DNA from: Vairimorpha necatrix
Lineage: Eukaryota
Length of the DNA: 64,000 nucleotides
Direction: 5' to 3'
NCBI GenBank assembly: GCA_036630325.1
Contig: CP142730.1
Coordinates: 124,001 to 188,000 of the forward strand
Under the pieces are notes generated by a model. The model was not told the origin of the DNA. It did not search any database and worked only from the letters and a program-made list of their open reading frames with translations. Shown here piece by piece: positions 9,344 through 20,396 of the stretch. The translations under genes and the position numbers were made by a program. Positions within the stretch are counted from its first letter, which is position 1. The number at the start of each line of letters is the position of its first letter.

Positions 9344-12300
9344 CTAGTGTATGCTTTCCCGTTTTAAAAACGGGATCTAAATGTTAAGTTTTTTAATATA
9401 TCTTTCATCCTTAAATTTTGAAGAGTTTCCATTTTGGGATGATTGAATTTGACAGAGTTTAGACATGATTTTTAAAAATACTTTTTAGCAACATATAAGA
9501 AGTTATGTTGTTTTAAAACATTTAATAATCTCAATGAGATAATTTTGGGAACTTCAAAGCTAAATTGTTGACACTTATTGTCAACAAATTTTTATTGTTA
9601 AACTTTTTTGTAATTTTTCTAGAAGGGTTAAATAAATTCTAAAAAACGATTCTGACGATATTTTGGAACGGAGTTTTACAAAAATAATAAAAAGAATCGA
9701 AAAGTATTAACTGACAACATACACACTTAGAATAGTCAAATTAAAGCAATAAATCTATATTTGATATTATATTAACATAAAAGGCCCAAAACATATCGTT
9801 TAGATTTTACAAAACCACAAAAAAGAGGGGTAAAAAATTAAATAAAATTCTTTTATATATATGACTAGCGTATGCTTTCCCGTTTTGAAAACGGGATCTA
9901 AATGTTTTGTTTGGAAATATGTATTTCCCCTTTTAATCTTGTTAAGTTTCCATTTTGGAATGAATGAATTTAAAAAGGAGAAAATATAATTTTAAAAATA
10001 CTTTTTAGTAACATATAAAGAGCAAAGTCGATCTAAAAACATTTAATAATTATAATGAGATAATTTTTGGAACTTCTAAGCTCAAGTTTTGACACTTATA
10101 TTCAACTTTTTTTTTGGTACATGTTTTTGTGAATTTTTCTAGAAGGGTTAAATAAATTCTAAAAAACGATTCTGACGATATTTTGGGACCAAGCTTTTCG
10201 AAAATAACAATCATAATTAAAATGTATTAACACATAGTATACACACTTGGAATAGTCAAATTAAAACATTGAATTTATTTTTAATATTATAATAACATAA
10301 AAGCCTCAAAATGTATCGTTTAGAAATTTCAAAATCACAAAAAAGAGGGGTAAAAAATTAAATAAAATTCTTTTATATATATGATGACTAGTGTATGCTT
10401 TCCCGTTTTGAAAACGGGATTTATAGTTTTGTTTTATAATATGTACCTCCTTTATCTTTTTGTGAATTTCCAAGTTTGGGAAGAGGGAATTTGAAAAGAA
10501 ACTATGATTTTGAAAAATACTTTTAAGTAACATATAAGGAGTAAATTTGATCTAAAAACATTTAATAAATATAATGAGATAAGTTTGGGAACTTCTAGCT
10601 CAGTTTTTGACACTTATATTCAAAATCTTAATTAGTTAATTGTTTTTGCAATTTTTCTAGAAGGGTCAAATAAATTCTAAAAAACGATTCTGACGATATT
10701 TTGAAACTGAGTTTAACAAAAATAATAATTAAAATTAAAAAGTATTAACTAATAACATACACACTTAGAATAGTTAAATTATCGCAATAAATCTATATAT
10801 GATATTTAAATAACATAGAAAGCCTAATATATATAGTTTAGAAATTTCAAAGTCACAAAAAAGAGGGATAAAAAATTAAATAAAATTCTTTTATATATAT
10901 GACTAGCGTATGCTTTCCCGTTTTGAAAACGGGATCTAAATGTTTAGTTCTTAAATTTGTACCTCCATTATATTCTTTTCGAATTTTCCTTTCATAAGAC
11001 GAATTTGAAAAGGAGAAAACATGATTTTGAAAAATATTTTTTAGTAACATATAAGGAGATAAGTTGATCTAAAAACATTTAATAATTATAATGAGATAAT
11101 TTTGGGAACTTCTAAGCTCAAGTTTTGACACTTATATTCAAAATCTTTATTAGTTAATTGTTTTTGCAATTTTTGTGGAAGGGTTAAATAAATTCCAAAA
11201 AACGATTCTGACGATATTTTGGAACTGAGTTTTACAAAAATAATAATCAAAACAAAAATGCATTAATATAAAGTATACACACTTAAAATTATTAAATTGA
11301 AACATCTAATCTATATTTGATATTATATTAACATGAAAGGCTCAAAACATATCGTTTAGAATTTTTATAACCACAAAAAAGAGGGGTAAAAAATTAAATA
11401 AAATTCTTTTATATATATACTAGCGTATGCTTTCCCGTTTTGAAAACGGGAATTGTATGTTTTGTTTTATAATATGTCGCTCCTCGGTGAATTTTTGTGA
11501 GTTTCTATTTTGGGATGTTAGAATTTGATAGGATGAAGACATCGTTTTCAAAAATACTTTTTAGTAACATATAAAAGGTAAAGTTGAGTTGAAAACACTT
11601 ATGAGTCTCGTTGAAATAATTCTTGGATTTTTAAGCTCAATTTATGACACTTATATTCAACTTTTTTTTTGTTAATGTTTTAGTGAATTTTTTCTAGAAG
11701 GGTCAAATAAATTCTAAAAAACGATTCTGACGATATTTTGGAACTGAGTTTAACAAAAATAAAAATCAAAATTAAAAAGTATTAACTAATAACATACACA
11801 CTTAGAATAGTCAAATTAAAGCAATAAATCTATATTTGATATTATATTAACGTAAAAAGCTCAAACCATATCGTATAGAATTTTTAAAACCACAAAAAAG
11901 AGGGGTAAAAAATTAAATAAAATTCTTTTATATATATGACTAGCGTATGCTTTCCCGTTTTGAAAACGGGTTTTGAATGTTTTGTTTTTTAATATGTCGC
12001 CCCTCGGTAAATTTTGGTGAGTTTCTATTTCGGGATGATTGAATTTGATAGGATGAAGACATCGTTTTTAAAAATACTTTTTAGTAACATATAAGGAGTT
12101 AAGTTAAGTTAAAAACACTTTTGAGTCATATTGAAATGCTTTTATAAACTTCTAAGCTCAACTTTTGACCTTTATCTTTAAAATCATTATTGGTTAAATG
12201 TTTTTACAATTTTTCGCGGAAGGGTCAAATAAATTCTAAACAACGATTCTGACGATATTTTGGGACCATGCTTTCCAAAAATAACAAACTAAATCAAAAT

Positions 12301-14561
12301 GTATTAACACATAGTATACACACTTGGAATAGTCAAATTAAAACATTGAATTTATTTTTAATATTTTAATAACGTAAAAGCATCAAAATGTATCGTTTAG
12401 TAATTTCAAACCCACAAAAAAGAGGGGTAAAAAATTAAATAAAATTCTTTTATATATATGACTAGCGTATGCTTTCCCGTTCTAAGAACGGGATTATTAT
12501 GTTTTGTTTATGGTATGTACCTCCTTTAATTTTTTTTTTGAGTTTCCATTTTTGGTTTGACAAAGAAAAAGAAATAGTATAATTTAAAAAACACTTTTTA
12601 TGAACATTTAAATAATGAAATGAACTTATAAACACTTATGAATCTTAATGAGATATGTTTAAAACTCTAAAAGCTCAGTTTTATTCACTTACATTCAACT
12701 TTTCTTTGGTACATGTTTTTTAAATTTTTTCTAGAAGGGTTAAATAAATTCTAAAAAACGATTCTGACGATATTTTGAGACCAAGCTTTTTAAAATTAAG
12801 AATTAAAACAAAAAAGTTTTAACATTTAGTATACGCACCTACAATTATCAAATTAAAACATTAAATCTAAAAACGATATTATATTAACATAATAAGCTAT
12901 TATAAGAAGTTTAGATTTTACAAAATTATAAAAAAGAGGGGGAAAAAATTAAATAAAATTCTTTTATATATATGATATATATATATGACTAGCGTATGCT
13001 TTCCCGTTTTGAAAACGGGATCTAAATGTTTAGTTTTTTAATATGGAACCTCCAGGGTAAATTTTGTTAAGTTTCCATTTTAAGATGAATGAATTTGAAA
13101 AGGAGAAAACATGAATTTAGAAAAATACTTTTTAGTATAATATAAGAAGTAAAGTAGAACTAAAAACATTTAATAATTATGATGAGATAATTTTTGGTTT
13201 TTCTAAGCTCAATTTTTGACACTTATATTCAATTTCTTTTTTGTTAATTGTTTTTAGGATTTTTCGTGGAAGGGTCAAATAAATTCTAAAAAACGATTCT
13301 GACGATATTTTGGAACTGAATTTTACAAAAATAATAATAAGAATAAAAATGCATTAATATATAATATACGCACTCACAATCATCAAATTAGTGCATTAAA
13401 TTCATTTTTGATATTATAATAACAGAATAAGCTATAAAAAGAAGTTTAGATTTTACAAAATCATAAAAAAGAGGGGTAAAAAATTAAATAAAATTCTTTT
13501 ATATATATGACTAGCGTATGCTTTCCCGTTTTGAAAACGGGATCTAAAAGTTTAGTTTTATAATTTGTGCCGTCTCAGTAAATTTTGTTAAGTTTCCATT
13601 TTGGGATGATTGAATTTGACAGGGTGAAGACATAATTTTTAAAATACTTTTTAGTGACATAGAAGATGTAAAGTTAAGTTAAAAACACAATTTAATCTTA
13701 CTTAGATAATTTTAAAGCACCTAAAGCTCATTTTTGACACTTATATTCAAAATCTTTATTGGTTAATGTTTTTGTGGATTTTTTCGTGGAAGGGTCAAAT
13801 AAATTCTAAAAAACGATTCTGACGATATTTTGGAACTGAGTTTAACAAAAATAATAATCAAAATTAAAAAGTATTAACTAATAACATACACACTTAGAAT
13901 AATTAAATTAAAGCAATAAATCTATATTTGATATTGCAAACACACAAAAAGTATGAAATATGTAGTCTGGACATTTCAAATTGACAAAAAAGAGGGGTAA
14001 AAAATTAAAAAAAAATTCTTTTATATATATGACTAGCGTATGCTTTCCCGTTTTGAAAACGGAATTTGAATGTTTAGTTTTTTAATTTGTCCCTAATTGG
14101 TAATTTTCGTTAAGTTTCCATTTAAGGATAATGAATTTAAAAAGGAGAAAACATGATTTTTAAAAATACTTTTTACCAACATATAAGAAGTTATGTTGTT
14201 TTAAAACATTTAAAAATCTCAATGAGATAATTTTGGGAACTTCTAAGCTCAATTGTTGACACTTATTGTCAACAAAATTTTATTGTTAACTTTTTTGTAA
14301 TTTTTTCTAGAAGGGTTAAATAAATTCTAAAAAACGATTCTGACGATATTTTGGAACTGAGTTTTCTATAAATAATAAATAGTTTAGAAAGGCATTAATA
14401 TATAGTATGCGCACTTACAATTATCAAATTTAAGCATTGAGTTTAAATTTGATATTATAATAACACAATAAGCTATAATAAGAAGTTTAGATTTTACAAA
14501 ATCACAAAAAAGAGGGGTAAAAAATTAAAAAAAAATTCTTTTATATATATGATGATGATGA
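9344..14561 (-). mobile_element. Head-to-tail array of 10 non-autonomous Helitron-like units (~515-527 bp)
   Basis: On the minus strand each unit begins TCATATATATAAAAG and ends hairpin CCCGTTTTCAAAACGGG - AAAGCATACG - CTAG. CTAG junctions at 9344, 9865, 10388, 10903, 11420, 11940, 12462, 12989, 13511 and 14033. Array is flanked by A and T, with no TSD. Confidence 0.88.
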
Positions 14562-14952
14562 TAAAATAGATCCGATACAGAATGATATGAAAAATCAGCA
14601 AAAACGAAGAAAAGCCACCAAAAACTCCACTGCAAAAGAAAAATCATCAATAATCGCGCTTACACGCCAGCATACCTTTACGGCCTTGCTTGTAGGAGAA
14701 AAAATTCGTTCCCATAGGATACATCCTTAGTCATATATGACTAGAGACCCAATTTCATGGATCTGATGAAAAACGACATCGCCTGGCTCAATACACCATT
14801 TAAGAACACAACTCAGTTCAGCGGAAAAAATACAGCATCAGTATCATGCCCGACCTCTCCCAGGTCAATTATATAAATATAAATTTTGTCGTTAACAAGT
14901 TAACTTAATTTTTCTTCCATTTCTGGATATTTACTTTTTTAATTAATCTTCA

Positions 14953-17900
14953 TTAATTATTCATGTTATTGTTGATCTTCTTGAGTTTGTTATTGAATAG
15001 TATCGCTCTGGAGACAACCATCCTGTCTAGGGACTCAATGATCAAGCAGAGTTCTTTTATATGTTTCGGATTATTCTTCAACCCAATCTTATTACCAAGA
15101 AGTTGCTTTGTTTTTTCTTGGTTATTTGTTTGTGAACATGTTAGTAGAGGCAGTTTATTTCGCCACGATGATCTTATTTCGTTTAATGACGAGCACTCTA
15201 ACAGGAATGTTCTAAATTTTCTTGTGGTCCATCACACAAAAAGCACATCATTCTATAACTCACTGGAATTCTCTTTGCATTGGCTATTGAGGAGGACCAC
15301 CTTACTAGATTACATCTTAATCTAGTGTATGTTCTTATCTTTCTATTGTTGACTTTGTTTATGACATATTTCAACTGTGAGCTTCTTATGTCATAAATAT
15401 CTGCTATTGATGCAGCTACAGAAGTATTTATCGTTCTCCTTCTTCTTAGTACATCAGTTATTTTTGTAGTAACAGATACATTGTTACTTGTTTCATAGTC
15501 GTTGCCGACGAATCTTTTTAATCACCTTTGCGTTCTTGTAGACCAGGTGGTTTTTCTTTCTTTCGGATTGATTGAGATTATATCCGAGATTATAGTTTTA
15601 TTGTGTTTCCACTTATTATATGCTCTAAATCTACTTAAGGCTGCTTGTATATGAATTCGTTCTATACTGAACTCATCCATTAATCTATCTAGAGGAATCA
15701 CTACTCGTTTGAATATCATCCTCAATGATGTTCTTAAGATCCTATTGATCTTACCTGCTCTTGTACTTGACATTCACCACAGTTCACTACCATACATTAG
15801 TGTGGGTACTAGTACACATTTGATTAAGATCGCCTTGAAGTAAAGGTTGATGCTATTATTCATCAACTTGGGCATCAAGGCGTCCAAGGCTTTCTTGCCA
15901 CGCATTGCTGCGTCTTTGACCAAGTGTTCTTCTAGCGTGTTTCTTTTAATTAAGACACCTAGATATCTGTATTCAGTGACTTCCTCAATCACACCAAAGT
16001 CTGTACTGAGAGAATACAAACTTCGGAATTCTTGTATTTTAGAATCAGCAGCCCATTCTAATATTCCGCTTTTTGTGAAGTTAATCCTCATTCTGTTATT
16101 AACCGCCCAATTAGAAATTCTATTGATCTTATTATTAAGATCATCAATGTTGTTTCCGAAGACAACAATACCATCGGCGAACATCAGTCCTGGAACTCTT
16201 GTATTTGATCTTGGGATCAAGACACCATCTATGCCGTCAAAAATATCATTGATAAATATATTGAACAGCATTGGAGAACAAGGGCATCCTTGTCTCACTC
16301 CTTTTCTGTAGCCATAGCCACTTGATGTTTCTCCGGCGATTTTTATTCGCATGGTGGTGTTTTTATAGATATCCTTTATTGTATTTATCAAATACTTGGG
16401 GATATCTAGATTTTCTAGCTTACTAAATAATAAGTCGTGACTTACATTATCATAAGCTTTCTCAAAGTCTATGAAACACATCACTGTGTTCACGCCTCTG
16501 AATTCTCTTCTTCTTACTACTTCAAGTAGGGAAGTAATTTGGTTCACACATTCTTCACCTTCTCTAAATCCTGCTTGGTATTTAGAGATGATGTTATTTT
16601 CTTCAACAAATTGGGTCAATCTGTCGTTAATTATCTTGAGATAGATCTTACTAATTGTGTTAATTACGGAGATTCCCCTATAATTATTCAGATCTGTCTC
16701 ATCTCCTTTTTTGTGGAGGCAAATCATGTTTGCCATGCTCCAGTATTCAGGAGGACTAATTCCACAAATATATTTATTAAATTCATTTAGCATGAATTTA
16801 AAGAATTTATCTTTTACTGCTCTAGTCAGTAAGTGTTTGTATAGCTCGGTTGGAATCTCATCAGGACCGGCTGCTTTGTTATTTCCGCATTTCTTCAGTG
16901 CGGATAAAAATTCTTCATCTGTTATCTCTAGAGGAAGATCAACAAGATCTACTTTATCATAGGCATTGACATCTATATCATTCTCTGACGCCAATTCAGC
17001 GTAAAATTTATTCGCTATTTCTAGCTTCTTTGCTCGGCAAGTCTGAAGAATCTTATTGTGGTCAATTAGAGCCACTTGATCCAAACGAATGGAAACACTT
17101 CTATTTTTCAGCCATTGCCAGAATTCTCTTGATCTATTACTTTTAAAGAGCTTTATTCCTCTCAAAGCCCAAAGTTTCGATCTATCTTTGCGAATCAATT
17201 TCTTCGTATCTTCTACTCTCTTTTTGATATCTACGAGCCGGGCTAAATTGATTTCATTGTGATTTTTCATAACCGCTTTTGCTGCTAAACGCTTTTCTTT
17301 GAAGACTTTTAAGTATCTCCATCTCATTGTAAGTCCAGTGTGGACCCTTTTCTTTTTGTAGATCTTTAAAGATGTACAAGCTTTTTTAATAATCTCGGGA
17401 AGATTATTCATACTTAATTGTTGATTACTCAACTTCATTTTAAGCCTTTTAATCACTTTCGGATTTTCCAGCATCTTTTTATCATAGACTAGTTGATCAG
17501 AGATCTTATCAACAGTTAGTGAGATATATTTTTTGAGCACTAAGTGATCACTTAGTACCCAAGACTTTGATATAATGATCTTCTCATTATCGTATTCTTT
17601 CAGCCTAAAGATGGTATCAATTTTTCTCTTAGATCTTTTCCCATCTTTGAGAATCCTTGTACCATCTTTGCTGTTATACTTCATCGTAACTGGTAAACCA
17701 ATTACTACTAGTTTTTTCTTGAGAGAAGAACTCTGCATATTCATATCTCCCACTACTATAATCTCACTATAATAGTTTCTGAATTTCTCTTTTTCTAGAA
17801 GAGACAAAAGTCTGGCAAGCACCTCCCTTTTGAGATCCCTGTCTTGTGGTATGTAGACATTTAAGATTAAGTATTTAATCCACTTGCCTTCTGATCTAAA

Positions 17901-18650
17901 CTCAACCACTGTTTGCAGAATGTTTGAGTCAGTTCCCTTTTTGCTACATCTAATAGCTCCAGTGTTTCTCACCAGAGTTATTAAACCTGGTTTATTTTTT
18001 CCACTGCTTGGTGTTTCAACAGCAGTGTATTTTTCTAGTCTAAGGGATCTATTAGATTGTCTCCAAGTTTCCTGTAGACACATAATTTCTGGTTTCTCCC
18101 TCTTAAGAAGAAACTCAAGTTCTTCTCTCTTGTGGGAGAGATGGTTGATGTTGAGACTTAAGAGTTTTATCTTCTCTCTAATCTCTTTTATTGTTTTATT
18201 AGTTTTTTCTAATCCTTTTCTGTTATCATTTAAAACTTTGAAGCCTTCAGCTTAAATAATCTTAATCAATAAATTTTTATGTGTTTTTTCAACTACTATC
18301 TTTGTTAATGACGCATTTCTACGTCTAAACTTTCGTATTGTAAAAATGGCAGAATCTAATTCAGACTCTCTTTTTACAAGACATTTTCTTAGGTCTTTAC
18401 AATCGACGGGAATTCTTTGCATATTAACTATACAGAAATTTTCTTGTAGTTTTCTAGTCCATAGATTTTTCCGCTGATAAAATGAAGTTATGCACTTCAT
18501 CCTTCTACGGCTTCTGAAAGCTCCAAAAGGTTTATTTAATCCTGTAGGATTAGTGATTTTTTTATTTAATAAAGATAATAAATATTGAATTTTGAAAGAG
18601 AAATATCTCTTGTAAAACTTAGACTTTAAAAGAATATCAACTTTATTCAT
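14953..18650 (-). pseudogene. LINE ORF2 (AP endonuclease - reverse transcriptase - CCHC), disrupted
   Basis: Track ORFs 18252-18650, 15774-18083 and 15522-15773 share one frame. The stretch between them reads KIKLLSLNINHL...EIMCLQETW (APE), then GDMN, IDTIF, SDH; RT motifs KAAGPD, NYRGIS, QAGFR, FIDFEKAYD, GVRQGCPCSP, FADG (catalytic D>G), YRYLG. In-frame stops at 18252, 15774 and 15522. Frameshifted LLCDGPQENLEH(F)LLEC near 15200-15250; ends ...NNMNN* at 14953. Confidence 0.92.
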
Positions 18651-20301
18651 TTTTAGAGTCCTTCATTTTCCGGGCAGGTTCACCCATCATACTATGTAGG
18701 TAGATAAAATTTTTATATGCTAAATTCTCACTACCTAAATTCTTCTTTATGTACTTACAAGCTTCCGTATGTGGTATAAAATTTTTATTCATTCTAGAAA
18801 CCCTCAGAAGCTCCTCCAGAATTAAATCCTTCTTTGATTTCAGAAAGTCCACCATAAATGTCTCGTCATTACAGACATATGCCTCTGGGATTTCGTCCAA
18901 GAGATTTTTTACTGCTCTTTCGCAGGTACCTTCTCTGAGCATCAAGAGAATAGACTCTTCATCTCTAAACTGCTTTAAGAGTGGGATGTCTTTTCTCTCA
19001 ATAGTGAGTAGAGCAGCCCAAGCGTCTCTAGCTTGGTGCTCCTTCCATACTCCCAGACCTCCTACCAATACAAATTTAAATTTGCATTTGGATATAGGAC
19101 ATCCACCTCTAATAATTTTAATGAGAGCTTCTTTAGAAAGCCCTTTTGCCCAGTTCTTCTGAGGTTGAACTGGGTTTATTTTCTTGCCAGATTTCTCTTG
19201 GGATTCCTTCTTAGCCATTTTGGGGCTTGAATTTTTCTTTTCTTTGATGGAATTTTTTTTCTCGCCTAGTGACATTGTTAAGCTTTCCTTTTTGGGAAAT
19301 TTAATACACTTCCCTAGGTTTTCTACTTTAATAGAAGTAAATCTATTAAGTTCTTTTAATTTAGTATGTTTAATACTAGAGTTTTTATTAAGACCAAGTT
19401 GCATCTTTGGCTTAAAGGTATGTCTGACAGACTTCCATCCATCTTTATTGATTTGGTATAGCTTAACTCCATTCTTTGGAGCTTTGCTTCTACCAGATAT
19501 TATTGCTGAGATAATTTTAAGATGATTATCTACTGCTTTCTTATTTATGTCAGCTACATCGAGCTTAACATTATTGGTATTTACAACTTCATTAGTTATA
19601 TTTTTACTTTCTTTAGAGACTTCAATTGTTTCTAAACACATTCTTTTGCCATCTTCTGACAATCTATCTTCTTCTTCTACTTTAGAGGCAGATTCGAGAT
19701 TTTTGACATTAATTAAAATATCTTCATTTATGATTTCTAAATTAGAAACATCATTCTTTCCAGTAGCTAACTGAAGGGTTTCGCTACTGGTGACATTTGG
19801 AACATTGGAGTTAATATCCTTTTGTTCTACATGTTCTTTTGAGTGATTCTCTATCATCATCTCAATTTTGTTCTTTGATGCTTCAGTAATTTGATCACTG
19901 TCATCCATCAAATTATTTTTAATCAAATTTTTTAATTTCATTTTTTGTTTTTCTAGCTTATCGTGGAAGAGCTCCAGATATGTCTGCTGAATCGTTACTA
20001 ATTCAGTAGTACTAGATATAAACTTTTTAAGATCATTAAGATCTTTTCTACTTTTATTTTTTGACATGTCCAAAAAATCATTTTTACAAATTCTTTCTGA
20101 AAGAATTTTAATTTTTTTAAGAAAATATTTCATCTCTCCATCTTTTTTGAAAGTAACGCTAGAGTTACCATCATCAGCATAAACATGCTTAATATGTTCT
20201 GTTAAATACATTTCTGTATCTAACTTGTTGTTTTGACCATCATAGTGGTCACTTGTGGCACAACTGTGCTCGCTCCTCCTTTTTTCCTCTTTACCCTTCA
20301 T
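18643..20301 (-). CDS. LINE ORF1 (coiled-coil, Lys-rich; unclassified C-terminal domain)
   Basis: 552-aa open frame directly upstream of ORF2, overlapping it by 8 nt (ATGAATAA). No recognisable known domain. Confidence 0.75.
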   Translation of the reverse strand: MKGKEEKRRSEHSCATSDHYDGQNNKLDTEMYLTEHIKHVYADDGNSSVTFKKDGEMKYFLKKIKILSERICKNDFLDMSKNKSRKDLNDLKKFISSTTELVTIQQTYLELFHDKLEKQKMKLKNLIKNNLMDDSDQITEASKNKIEMMIENHSKEHVEQKDINSNVPNVTSSETLQLATGKNDVSNLEIINEDILINVKNLESASKVEEEDRLSEDGKRMCLETIEVSKESKNITNEVVNTNNVKLDVADINKKAVDNHLKIISAIISGRSKAPKNGVKLYQINKDGWKSVRHTFKPKMQLGLNKNSSIKHTKLKELNRFTSIKVENLGKCIKFPKKESLTMSLGEKKNSIKEKKNSSPKMAKKESQEKSGKKINPVQPQKNWAKGLSKEALIKIIRGGCPISKCKFKFVLVGGLGVWKEHQARDAWAALLTIERKDIPLLKQFRDEESILLMLREGTCERAVKNLLDEIPEAYVCNDETFMVDFLKSKKDLILEELLRVSRMNKNFIPHTEACKYIKKNLGSENLAYKNFIYLHSMMGEPARKMKDSKNE

Positions 20302-20396
20302 ATTAAGTCTAGCTTAACATCTTTTGTTTTAATATTTTTATTAATTATAATATTTGTAGACGCATTTGAGACACCTATACATTTTCTTTTGCCATC

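Larger units (their letters stand above)
14593..20301 (-). mobile_element. APE-type non-LTR retrotransposon (LINE): ORF1 + ORF2 + 3' UTR, inactive
   Basis: ORF1 is followed by an overlapping ORF2 with endonuclease, RT and C-terminal Zn-knuckle. The GC-richer 3' UTR (14593-14865) is truncated near the Helitron array. Confidence 0.9.

Noticed and set aside
10306-11050. Recurrent short ORFs MLLKSIF... in array units
   Set aside because: Frames and stops are not conserved between units; they are by-products of the conserved DNA blocks.
9344-14561. CRISPR-like array next to a reverse transcriptase
   Set aside because: The variable parts are homologous to each other and hundreds of bp long, there are no cas genes, the host is eukaryotic, and the termini fit Helitrons. 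Other arrays have no adjacent LINE.
15522-15776. TGA recoding or readthrough in LINE ORF2
   Set aside because: The two TGAs replace different expected residues (G and W), and a TAA, frameshifts and a mutated catalytic FADG also occur. This is ordinary decay.
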